Both the position numbers and the translations under genes were made by a program. The notes under the pieces are model-generated. The model saw nothing but the letters and a program-made list of their open reading frames with translations. It made no database searches and had not been told where the DNA came from. From sequence record DRR378314_281: a stretch of DNA of 38,118 bases. The stretch is one strand, 5' to 3'. The first letter of the stretch is position 1. The number at the start of each line of letters is the position of its first letter. Below are positions 1-8,630 of the stretch, in pieces.

Positions 1-434
<434 letters not shown>

Positions 435-452
435 AGCCCTTGGCAGGCGCTC

Positions 453-1082
453 TCAGGCCTTGCTGACCACCACCCGGGCCGGACGGATCAGACGGCCGTT
501 GAGTTGGTAGCCTTTTTCCAACACCTCGACCACGGAGTTGGGCTCCACATCGGGGGCCGGAATCATGGTCATGGCTTCGTGGTGCTCCGGATTGAACGGC
601 TCGCCCTGCGGGTCGATCTGTTCCAGGTTGTACTTGGCGAACACATCGAGCAGCACCTTCAGGGTGAGCTCCAGCCCTTCACGGGCCGGCTTCAGCGCTT
701 CGTCCTGCGGGTCCAGGGTCGCCAGACCCCGTTCCAGGCTGTCCGCCACGGTGAGGATGTCACCGGCGAACTTTTCCAGCGCGAACTTGTGGGCGCTTTC
801 CACGTCCCGCTCGGCGCGGCGGCGCACGTTCTGCATCTCGGCCTGGGCCCGGATATCGGCCTCGGCCAGCGCCTTCTCCACCTTGGCGAGCCGTTCCTGC
901 GTTTGCACCAGCTCTTCCTCCACGGACGGCTGTTCCGGCTCCGAAGCCTGCTCCGCCGCGGACTCCACGTCCCCGGCCACGGGCTCCGCCTCGGGCGCGT
1001 CCTGGTGCTCCTCGCGGGCAACCTGCTCGTCCCGGGCCTCAGCCTGTTGTTCGTTCTGTTGTTGCTTGTCCTGTTCGCTCAT
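453..1082 (-). CDS. grpE: Nucleotide exchange factor GrpE
   Basis: [18 protein letters not shown] and [17 protein letters not shown] motifs. Start trimmed to ATG 1082 (MSEQD), with GGAG upstream. Confidence 0.97.
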   Translation of the reverse strand: MSEQDKQQQNEQQAEARDEQVAREEHQDAPEAEPVAGDVESAAEQASEPEQPSVEEELVQTQERLAKVEKALAEADIRAQAEMQNVRRRAERDVESAHKFALEKFAGDILTVADSLERGLATLDPQDEALKPAREGLELTLKVLLDVFAKYNLEQIDPQGEPFNPEHHEAMTMIPAPDVEPNSVVEVLEKGYQLNGRLIRPARVVVSKA

Positions 1083-1123
1083 ATCCACTCCACACGTCCC
1101 GAATTCTGGGAAAGCGGGCAAAG

Positions 1124-1151
1124 ATATGGGAACGGCAGCGCCGGATTCAAG
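1124..1151 (-). promoter_or_regulatory. Sigma32 (RpoH) promoter for grpE
   Basis: Minus strand CTTGAA-N14-TCCCATAT. Confidence 0.85.
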
Positions 1152-1170
1152 GGAAGAAGGGGAGGCGGTG

Positions 1171-1333
1171 AACAGTTAACAGTGAATAGTTAATAGTGCG
1201 CGGGCGAGCGTGGTGCCTCGTAAAGGCCGTGCCCGCGCCGGCTTTTCGAGGGCACTCGGCCCTCCGAGAGGCCCGCAGCCGGCGGCCCGCGGGGTTTTCG
1301 CTATTAACTGTTCACTGTTAACTCTTAACTGTT
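1171..1333. repeat. Palindromic intergenic element with inverted heptamer-repeat arms around a REP-like core
   Basis: Left arm AACAGTT AACAGTG AATAGTT AATAGTG (1171-1198). Right arm CGCTATT AACTGTT CACTGTT AACTCTT AACTGTT (1299-1333) is the same unit reverse-complemented. The GC-rich core is self-complementary. Confidence 0.85.
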
Positions 1334-1334
1334 C

Positions 1335-2384
1335 TCAGAGTTGGGTAAGCGCGGCGGAGAGGATGCGGGCGGTGATGTCCACGGTGGGGATCACCTTCTC
1401 GTAGTCCATGCGGGTGGGGCCGACCACCGCCAGGACGCCCACCGGGCCGTTATCGACCTTGTAGGGGGCGGAGACCAGGGAGTACTCCTCGAACGGCTGG
1501 TAGCCGGACTCGCGGCCGATGAAGATCTGCACGCCGTCCGCTTTCATGCTGCGTTCCAGCAAATGCAGGATGTCGCGCTTGCGGTTGAAGGCGTCGAACA
1601 GATCGCGGACCTTCTCGATGCTGTCCATCTGGCCGCCTTCCAGCAGATTGGATTCCCCGGACACCACGTAATCGGAGTCCTTGCGGTCCTGGCGCAGCGC
1701 CTTGCCGGCGATGTCCATGGTCGCCTGCATGAGCACGTCCATCTGCGCGCGGTCCGCGTCCATGGTGCTCAGCAGCCCCTCGCAGATATTGTCCAGGTCG
1801 CAGCCGGCGTAGGTCTTGTTGATGTAGTTGGCGGCCTGGCGCAGCTCCACCTCGGTGTAGTCCCGGCTGGTCTGGATAATGCGGTTCTGCACCTCGGAGC
1901 GGTTGACCACCAGCACCACCAGCACCCGCTGGCCGGAAAGGGGCAGAAACTCCACCTGCCGCAGGGTGGTCACGTCGCGGCGCGGCACCGCCACCAGGCC
2001 CGCCATGCGGGTCAGTTCCGCCAGGCTGCGCGAGGCCTGGGAGACCAGCGCCTCGGGCGACTGGTCCGGTGCCAGCATCTGGCGCAGCTCGTCGCGCAGG
2101 CGGGCGTTATCCGGGCGCTCCATGGTGCTGGACGCCAACAGGGTGTCCACGTAAAGCCGGTAGCCGCGTTCGGTGGGCACCCGGCCGGCGGAGGTATGGG
2201 GGCTGGCCAGCAACCCCATGTCTTCCAGTTCCGCCATCAGGTTACGGATGGTGGCCGGGCTGACCGCCAGGCCGCTGCCGGTGGCCAGGGTCTTGGAGCC
2301 CACCGGCTGGCCGTGGCGGATGTGGCGCTCCACCAGCGCCATCAGCAACCGTTGTTTGCGTTCGTTCAATTCCAACTTGGCCAT
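1335..2384 (-). CDS. hrcA: Heat-inducible transcription repressor HrcA
   Basis: GQPVGSK, SPATIRN, PHTSAGRVPT and GPTRMDY motifs; located upstream of grpE-dnaK. Confidence 0.97.
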   Translation of the reverse strand: MAKLELNERKQRLLMALVERHIRHGQPVGSKTLATGSGLAVSPATIRNLMAELEDMGLLASPHTSAGRVPTERGYRLYVDTLLASSTMERPDNARLRDELRQMLAPDQSPEALVSQASRSLAELTRMAGLVAVPRRDVTTLRQVEFLPLSGQRVLVVLVVNRSEVQNRIIQTSRDYTEVELRQAANYINKTYAGCDLDNICEGLLSTMDADRAQMDVLMQATMDIAGKALRQDRKDSDYVVSGESNLLEGGQMDSIEKVRDLFDAFNRKRDILHLLERSMKADGVQIFIGRESGYQPFEEYSLVSAPYKVDNGPVGVLAVVGPTRMDYEKVIPTVDITARILSAALTQL

Positions 2385-2470
2385 ACTTCTATTACCCGTG
2401 ATGAAGCCTCAGTATAACCACGGAAGGGCCATTCTCCGCACACCGACACACCGTCGTCCAGAAACGGGGC

Positions 2471-2527
2471 TTACACTGGCCGCCGGAATCGCCTAATATC
2501 GACTCACTACTGGCCAAAAGCACAGTC
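2471..2527 (+). promoter_or_regulatory. Putative recN promoter with a LexA (SOS) box
   Basis: TTACAC-N17-TAATAT (2471-2499), followed by taCTGGCCAAAAGCACAGt (CTG-N10-CAG, 2510-2525) just before the recN ATG. recN is a classic SOS gene. Confidence 0.6.
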
Positions 2528-2528
2528 C

Positions 2529-4199
2529 ATGTTCACGCACCTCAGTGTTCGCCACTTCGCCACCGTCGACCAGCTCGAGCTGGAGCCCGAGCCCGGCCTT
2601 ACCGTGATCAGCGGCGAGACCGGCGCCGGCAAGTCGGTGATCATCGACGCTCTGTCGTTGACCCTGGGTGAACGGGCCGACAGCGCCGTGGTGCGCCCCG
2701 GCTGCGACCGCGCGGAAGTGCTCACCACCTTCGATGTGGCCGACAACCCGGCGGCCCGGGCCTGGCTGGGCGAGCGCGAACTGGACAACGGCAACGAATG
2801 CCTGCTGCGCCGCACGGTGCGGGCGGACGGGCGCTCCAGAGCCTACATCAACGGCACCCCCACGCCGCTCACCGAGGTCCGGGAGCTCGGCGAGATGCTG
2901 ATCAGCATCCACAGCCAGCATGAGCACCAGGCGCTGCTGCGCAAGGAAACCCACCGCCAGTTGCTGGACAACTTCGCCGAGGCCGGCGCCCAGGCGGAGC
3001 AGGTGCGCGATCACTGGCGCGCCTGGCAGAAGGCCCGCCGCGCCCACGACCAGGCACTGGCCGGCGCCCGCGAGCAAACCGAGCGGCAGGAACTGCTGCG
3101 TTTTCAGCTCGAGGAGCTGGACGCCCTGGCGCTCAGCGAAGGGGAGCTGCCGGAACTGGAACAGGAGCAGCAGCGCCTGGGCAACGCGGAAGCGCTGATA
3201 CGGCTCTGCCAGCAGGCGGTCACCGCCCTTTACGACGGCGACGAAGGCACCTGCAACGACCAGCTCGGCCAGGTCAGCCACTGGGTGGAAGAGGCGCGCC
3301 GCAGCGACGACGCCCTGGCCACGGTTTTCGACACGGTGGAATCCGCCCGCCTGCAGGTGGAGGCCGCCGCCGACGACCTGCGCCATTATCTGGAAAAGCT
3401 GGATCTGGACCCGCAGCGTCTCAGCCAGGTGGAAGAACGGCTCGACCAGACCTACACGCTGGCGCGCAAACACCGCCTGCGCCCCGAGGAACTGATTGAG
3501 CACCACCGCAAGCTGGCCGAGGAAGCGAACACCCTGGAGCATTTCGACGAGCATCTGGAAGCGCTCGCCGCCGCCGAGCAGACGGCCCGCGAAACCTATA
3601 TGGAAAGCGCCCGCGCCCTGGGCCGGCGCCGCCGGGAGGCCGGCACCCGCCTGACCCAGCAAATCCAGAAACAGCTCAAGGCGCTGGGCATGAAGGCGGC
3701 GCGCCTGGAAACCGTGCTGGAAGAGAGCAAACCCGGGCCGGACGGCCTGGAAGAGGTGGAGTTCCGCTTTTCCGCCAACCCGGGGCAGCCGCTACGGGCC
3801 CTGGCCAAGGTGGCCTCCGGCGGCGAGTTGTCGCGGGTGAGCCTGGCGATTCAGGTGATCTGCGCGCGCAACCTGACCGTGCCCAGCCTGGTCTTCGACG
3901 AGGTGGACGTGGGGGTCGGCGGTGGCGTGGCGGAGATCGTCGGCCGCCTGCTGCGCGAACTGGGCGAGCACGCCCAGGTGCTGTGCATCACTCACCAGCC
4001 GCAGGTCGCCGCCCAGGGGCACCAGCACTGGCAGGTGCACAAGATTCAGGGCAAGGACACCACCCACACCCGCATCCAGAGCCTGGATACCGGGGCCCGG
4101 GTGGAGGAAGTGGCCCGCATGCTGGGCGGCGTTGAGATTACGGAGTCCACCCTCACCCATGCCCGCGAGATGCTGGACAAGGGTCAGCGGGTGGCCTAG
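2529..4199 (+). CDS. recN: DNA repair protein RecN
   Basis: Walker A GETGAGKS, ASGGELSR signature, FDEVD Walker B, CITHQPQVAA; 556 aa. Confidence 0.98.
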   Translation: MFTHLSVRHFATVDQLELEPEPGLTVISGETGAGKSVIIDALSLTLGERADSAVVRPGCDRAEVLTTFDVADNPAARAWLGERELDNGNECLLRRTVRADGRSRAYINGTPTPLTEVRELGEMLISIHSQHEHQALLRKETHRQLLDNFAEAGAQAEQVRDHWRAWQKARRAHDQALAGAREQTERQELLRFQLEELDALALSEGELPELEQEQQRLGNAEALIRLCQQAVTALYDGDEGTCNDQLGQVSHWVEEARRSDDALATVFDTVESARLQVEAAADDLRHYLEKLDLDPQRLSQVEERLDQTYTLARKHRLRPEELIEHHRKLAEEANTLEHFDEHLEALAAAEQTARETYMESARALGRRRREAGTRLTQQIQKQLKALGMKAARLETVLEESKPGPDGLEEVEFRFSANPGQPLRALAKVASGGELSRVSLAIQVICARNLTVPSLVFDEVDVGVGGGVAEIVGRLLRELGEHAQVLCITHQPQVAAQGHQHWQVHKIQGKDTTHTRIQSLDTGARVEEVARMLGGVEITESTLTHAREMLDKGQRVA

Positions 4200-4220
4200 A
4201 GAGGGGGCCCGGCGCCTCTG

Positions 4221-4631
4221 TCAGCGCTTTTTGCCCTTCGGTTTGACGTAGAGAACCAGGGAGTGATCGACGATTTCGTAGCCGTGCTTCTCGGCGATCA
4301 TGTGCTGGCGGTTCTCGATCTCTTCGTCCATGAACTCCACCACTTCGCCGGTCTCCATGCACACCATATGGTCGTGGTGCTCTTCATCGGCCAGCTCGAA
4401 TACGGCGGAGCCGCCCTCGAAATTGTGGCGCAGCACGATGCCGGCCTGCTCGAACTGGGTCAGCACCCGGTAAACCGTGGCCAGGCCCACGTCCTCGCCG
4501 GTATCCATTAAAGCCTTGTAGATGTCCTCGGCGCTGAGATGGCGTTCTTCGGAGGATTCCAGCTGCTGCAGAATTTTCATCCGCGGCAGGGTCACCTTCA
4601 GACCCGCTTTTCTAAGATCCTGATTATCCAA
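4221..4631 (-). CDS. fur: Ferric uptake regulator Fur
   Basis: LRKAGLKVTLPR, GLATVYRVL and HHDH motifs; TTG start with GGAG upstream; divergent from bamE. Confidence 0.97.
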   Translation of the reverse strand: MDNQDLRKAGLKVTLPRMKILQQLESSEERHLSAEDIYKALMDTGEDVGLATVYRVLTQFEQAGIVLRHNFEGGSAVFELADEEHHDHMVCMETGEVVEFMDEEIENRQHMIAEKHGYEIVDHSLVLYVKPKGKKR

Positions 4632-4676
4632 TGTCTTTGCTCCGTATGCCGCCGTGGAGGATGTCCGGTTCTCTCG

Positions 4677-4710
4677 GGAACCTTGTCCCCTGTTGCCAAG
4701 TCTGTATTAT
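4677..4710 (+). promoter_or_regulatory. Possible bamE promoter (sigmaE-like and/or sigma70-like)
   Basis: GGAACCT-N16-GTCTG (4677-4704), overlapped by TTGTCC-N16-TATTAT (4683-4710). Confidence 0.4.
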
Positions 4711-4740
4711 CGCCCGAACATTATGCCAAGTCGAAACACC

Positions 4741-5232
4741 ATGCCAAGGTTCATTGCACTATCGCTGTTATTGACCGTCCTGCTGGCCGGTTGCAGTTCC
4801 CTGCGCTTCCCGGGGGTATATCGTATTGATATTCCTCAGGGTAACGTGGTTACCGGGGAGATGCTCGCCGACCTGGAGCCGGGAATGACGCCGGAACAGG
4901 TGCGTTTCGTGCTCGGTCCGCCAACGCTGACCGACCCGTTCACGCCGGACACCTGGTTCTATTTACTGCATTACCAGACCGGTAACGCGGAAACCGTGGA
5001 ACAGCAGATCGTGGTGTTCTTCGAAGGCGGCCAGTACAGCCACTACGACGGCGAGCCGGTGGAAAACGTGCGTGAGCGCACCTCCGGCCGGCGCGACCGG
5101 GAGCTGGAGCAGCGCGCCCGCGACCGCAAGGAAGACAACGTGGTCGATCCGGAGCCGCTCAACGATCCGGAGCCGGATCCGGGCACCCAGACCACCCCGG
5201 ACGCCACCTCGGTACCGATCCCGCGCAGCTAG
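4741..5232 (+). CDS. bamE: Outer membrane assembly lipoprotein BamE (OmlA/SmpA) with an acidic, Pro-rich C-terminal tail
   Basis: Lipobox LAGC; YRIDIPQGN, GMTPEQVRFVLGPP and WFY motifs. Start trimmed to ATG 4741. Confidence 0.95.
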   Translation: MPRFIALSLLLTVLLAGCSSLRFPGVYRIDIPQGNVVTGEMLADLEPGMTPEQVRFVLGPPTLTDPFTPDTWFYLLHYQTGNAETVEQQIVVFFEGGQYSHYDGEPVENVRERTSGRRDRELEQRARDRKEDNVVDPEPLNDPEPDPGTQTTPDATSVPIPRS

Positions 5233-5528
5233 TCCTTGCCGGCCCGCTGCGCGCGGGCCTTGCGCGCCGCCTTGGGGTCGATCTTCAGCGGCCGGTAGAT
5301 TTCCACACGCTCACCGTCCATCAGCACCCGCTGCGCCGGCGCCGGCTCCGCCTTGCCGAACACGCCCATGGCGGCCCGCTCCAGATCCAGCCCCTCGAAA
5401 TGCTCGGCGATGCCCGACTCACGGGCCGCCTCCAGCATGGTGGTCCCGGCGGGCACGTCCAGCGCGATCAGCCGCTGCTTCTCGGGCAGCGCGTAGACCA
5501 CCTCCACATGCAGCCGATCCGTGGCCAT
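5229..5528 (-). CDS. rnfH: RnfH/RatB (YfjF) ubiquitin-like protein
   Basis: VEVVYALP, GVFGK and GERVEIYRPLKIDPK motifs; expected position between bamE and smpB. Confidence 0.92.
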   Translation of the reverse strand: MATDRLHVEVVYALPEKQRLIALDVPAGTTMLEAARESGIAEHFEGLDLERAAMGVFGKAEPAPAQRVLMDGERVEIYRPLKIDPKAARKARAQRAGKD

Positions 5529-7000
5529 CAGCGTGTCTCCTGGTCAGCGGGCGCGGTTTGCTCCACCGGGTCGCCGTCGGCGCCGGCCTCGGCGCTGCCG
5601 TCGTCCGCCGCCAGCACCGACCAGAGGGAGTAGATAAACAGGGCGATCACCGCCGTCGGCGATACCACCCGCACCAGCGCCCGCCAGATCAGATAGAGCG
5701 GGAAGCTCTTCATCGCCAGCTCCTTGCGGGCATGGGTCTCCTTCATCACCCAGCCGGCGAAGATGGCGATCAACAGCCCGCCCAGCGGCAGCATGACGCT
5801 GGTGGACAGGAACTCGATATTGTCGAAGAAGGTGCCGACCAGGAATTCATGCTCCTTCCAGACGTTGAAGGAAAGCACCGAACCGACGCCCAGCAGCCAG
5901 GCCGCCAGACCCACCGCCAGCGCCGCCGTGCCGCGCCCCAGACCGCGCTCCACCAGCCAGGCGGCCATCGGCTCGCCCAGGGAAATCGAGGAGCTCCAGG
6001 CCGCGCACACCACCAGCACGAAGAACAGGGTGCCGAACAGCAGCCCGCCGGGCATCTGCCCGAACGCCAGCGGCAGGGTCACGAACATCATGCCCGGCCC
6101 CTGGCCGACTTCCAGACCGCCGGTGAACAGCAGCGGGAACATGGCCAGGCCGGCGCCCAGCGCCACCAGGGTGTCCAGCACGGCGATGGTGACCACCGAG
6201 GAGACAATGGACACCGGCCGCGAACGGCCGCTCTTGTCCTTGATCTCGCGGGGCATGTAAGCGCCGTAGGCCATGATCGCGCCCATCCCCAGGCTCAGGG
6301 TGAAAAACGCCTGGCCCAGCGCCACGATCACCGCCTCGCCGGACAGCTTGGAGAAATCGAACGCGAACAGGAAACCCACGCCTTCGGCGAACCCCGGCGT
6401 GGTGGAGGCATAGCCGATCAGCACCACCAGCAGCGCGAACAGCACCGGCATCAGCACGCGCACGGCGCGCTCCAGGCCCTGTTTCACGCCCAGCGCCACC
6501 ACGCCCATGGTGATCACCATGAACAGGGTGTGTGAGCCCAGCAGCAGCCAGGGATTGGCCAGCATGTCCTCGTAGTGCGCCTTGGACTGCACCGCCGTGA
6601 TGCCCTGGAACACGCCCTGGGCCGCTTCCCAGACATAGATCAGCGCCCAGCTGGCCACCGCGGAATAGAACGACAGGATCAAAAAGCCCGACAACGCGCC
6701 CAGGTAACCGATGCCCGCCCAGCGGCGCGTCACCTTGCTCTGCTCCGCCAGCTTCGACATGGTGTGGATCGGGCTCAGGCCGCCACGGCGGCCGAGCATC
6801 ACTTCCGCCACCATGATCGGAATCCCCATCAGGGCGATGCAGAGCAGATAAAGCACCACGAAGGCGCCACCGCCGTACTCCCCGGTGATGTAGGGAAACC
6901 GCCAGATATTACCCAATCCCACGGCGGAGCCCGTGGCGGCGAGAATAAAGACCCACCGGCTGGTCCACATACCGTGGACCGGCTTGTATTCCTTCTTCAT
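5528..7000 (-). CDS. Sodium-dependent transporter, neurotransmitter:sodium symporter (SLC6/LeuT-like) family
   Basis: GSAVGLGNIWRFPY, GGGAF, AFFTLSLG and GPGMMF motifs; many TM segments. Start trimmed to ATG 7000. The stop overlaps the rnfH start (TGATG). Confidence 0.93.
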   Translation of the reverse strand: MKKEYKPVHGMWTSRWVFILAATGSAVGLGNIWRFPYITGEYGGGAFVVLYLLCIALMGIPIMVAEVMLGRRGGLSPIHTMSKLAEQSKVTRRWAGIGYLGALSGFLILSFYSAVASWALIYVWEAAQGVFQGITAVQSKAHYEDMLANPWLLLGSHTLFMVITMGVVALGVKQGLERAVRVLMPVLFALLVVLIGYASTTPGFAEGVGFLFAFDFSKLSGEAVIVALGQAFFTLSLGMGAIMAYGAYMPREIKDKSGRSRPVSIVSSVVTIAVLDTLVALGAGLAMFPLLFTGGLEVGQGPGMMFVTLPLAFGQMPGGLLFGTLFFVLVVCAAWSSSISLGEPMAAWLVERGLGRGTAALAVGLAAWLLGVGSVLSFNVWKEHEFLVGTFFDNIEFLSTSVMLPLGGLLIAIFAGWVMKETHARKELAMKSFPLYLIWRALVRVVSPTAVIALFIYSLWSVLAADDGSAEAGADGDPVEQTAPADQETR

Positions 7001-7151
7001 CGGCAACTTACCCCTCGACGCAATCGGGCCATTGTCTTGATTTTCGCCAGGCCGCTCAAGCGCGGGTACGTAACCGCTTACCCGCCCGGGCGCAGAAACA
7101 AGTGCCACGGCCCTCGCCAGGGCCGCGGCCACTCTCTATAATCGCCGCCCC

Positions 7152-7625
7152 ATGGGCAAACCGAAAAAACAATCGTCTCCGAACGCCATTGCGCAAAACC
7201 GCAAAGCGCGCTTCGACTATCACCTGGAACAATTCTTCGAGGCCGGCCTGTCGTTGCAAGGCTGGGAGGTGAAGGCGCTGCGTGAGGGCAAGGGCAACCT
7301 GACCGAATCCTACGTGATGCTCAAGGAGGGCGAGGCGTTCCTGTTCGGCGCCCGGATAGAGCCCCTGCCCACCGCCAGCACCCACTCCGTGCCGGACCCC
7401 CAGCGCACCCGCAAGCTGCTGCTGCACCGCAAGGAGCTGGCGCGGCTGTTCAGTGGCGTGCAAAAGGACGGCTTCACCTGCGTGCCGGTGAACCTGCACT
7501 GGAAGCGCGGCCTGGTGAAACTGGACATCGCCCTGGCCAAGGGCAAACAGAAGTTCGACAAGCGCGCCACCGAACGCGAGCGCGACTGGAAACGGCAGAA
7601 ACAGCGCATCCTCCGCCAGCGCTGA
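7152..7625 (+). CDS. smpB: SsrA-binding protein SmpB
   Basis: [29 protein letters not shown] and KGKQKFDKR motifs. Confidence 0.98.
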   Translation: MGKPKKQSSPNAIAQNRKARFDYHLEQFFEAGLSLQGWEVKALREGKGNLTESYVMLKEGEAFLFGARIEPLPTASTHSVPDPQRTRKLLLHRKELARLFSGVQKDGFTCVPVNLHWKRGLVKLDIALAKGKQKFDKRATERERDWKRQKQRILRQR

Positions 7626-7653
7626 GCCGGCGGAAGCGTCCGTTCGAGGCGCC

Positions 7654-7920
7654 CTAGAGCGCCTTGTTGGTCTTGCCGCGGTGTCCGCCCAGCGACTTCA
7701 CGTCATCACGCAGGCGCCAGTAGAACTGCAACCAGGACCGCAGCACCGCGGGCAGGAAGTACACCGCGTACAGCACCAGCGGGATGCGCGCGTCGCCGCT
7801 CACCAGAGCGACCGCGTAAGCACCGCCGGCGTACAGGGCCAGAGTCAGCACCAGTTGCAGGGTCCGGGCCAGCAGCGGGTGCGCCGCCACCGGCGCCCAA
7901 AGATGGTTGATCGTCTTCAT
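7654..7920 (-). CDS. Hypothetical 88-aa membrane protein with two predicted TM segments
   Basis: GAGGAG 8 nt before ATG 7920; two hydrophobic stretches and a basic C-terminus; fills the smpB-ssrA gap. Confidence 0.7.
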   Translation of the reverse strand: MKTINHLWAPVAAHPLLARTLQLVLTLALYAGGAYAVALVSGDARIPLVLYAVYFLPAVLRSWLQFYWRLRDDVKSLGGHRGKTNKAL

Positions 7921-8077
7921 CGTTTCCACTCCTCAATGAATGGCTCATTGCGGTCGCATCCACTGCGACACCGCCCCGATGATGCACCCTCAATGTGACA
8001 AACCCATATCAGCCGGTTTGATTGTCGGACAATATTTGTAAAGCACTGTTATAGCGAAAAACACCACCCTCTTGTCT

Positions 8078-8106
8078 TCGACTTCCGCGTCCCCATCTCC
8101 TACAAT
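8078..8106 (+). promoter_or_regulatory. ssrA sigma70 promoter
   Basis: TCGACT-N17-TACAAT, 10 nt upstream of the mature 5' end. Confidence 0.7.
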
Positions 8107-8116
8107 GACCGCAACA

Positions 8117-8474
8117 GGGGGCGACATGGATTCGACGCCGGTAAAGAAACCTGTGGTGCATGTCGAGTAGCGTCGCAATGCTCGTAAATACCTTGTGGCA
8201 CATTAAAGTAATCGCAAACGACGATACTTACGCACTAGCAGCTTAAACCCTGCTTATCGCCAAACGACCCAGCCTGTGGGGAAGTGAGGCGAGCATCGCT
8301 ACACAGGCTCGCAGCAAAGTCCGTCCCGGATGGCGCTGTTAAAACCTTTAGGGACTCGGTGACTGCGCCCTGTCTGTCGGGCCGCAGCCACTTAAATCAA
8401 TAGACACGACTAAGCATGTAGATCTACAGGCGGATTGCTGGCGGACGGGGGTTCGATCCCCCCCGCCTCCACCA
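8117..8474 (+). ncRNA. ssrA: tmRNA; tag peptide ANDDTYALAA* at 8214-8246
   Basis: The 5' end is GGGGGCGACATGGATTCGAC. The 3' T-arm GGGGGTTCGATCCCCCC is followed by CGCCTCCACCA, giving an acceptor stem with G3.U. The resume codon GCA starts at 8214. It lies next to smpB. Confidence 0.98.
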
Positions 8475-8480
8475 ACACCG

Positions 8481-8509
8481 AAAAACCCGGGCCCCGCCCG
8501 GGTTTTTTT
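8481..8509 (+). terminator. Intrinsic terminator of ssrA, possibly bidirectional
   Basis: AAAAACCCGGG-ccccg-CCCGGG-TTTTTTT. Confidence 0.9.
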
Positions 8510-8530
8510 GTTTCCGGACCCTGCTCGCGC

Positions 8531-8575
8531 TTCAAGCGGCAAAAATAATTTAGTACCATTAAATTTTCCTGCCGC
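8531..8575 (+). promoter_or_regulatory. Putative sulP promoter overlapped by an AT-rich palindrome
   Basis: TTCAAG-N17-TACCAT. AATTTA-gtaccat-TAAATT is centred on the -10 and flanked by GCGGCA/TGCCGC. Confidence 0.45.
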
Positions 8576-8630
8576 GCCGACGCTCACCGCGTCCAGGCGC
8601 CCCGGCGAGCGGCCTGCGGAGCTTTTTTTA

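Noticed and set aside
1249-1275. GGCACTC-ggccctccg-AGAGGCC as a CIRCE element near hrcA
   Set aside because: Only one half-site (GCACTC) matches. The second half lacks GAGTGC at N9 spacing, and the sequence is better explained as part of the REP-like core.
1171-1333. CRISPR array
   Set aside because: The units are 7-bp tandem and inverted repeats without spacers, and there are no cas genes.
7993-8010. CRP-like site starting TGTGA
   Set aside because: The second half-site (CATAT) does not match TCACA.
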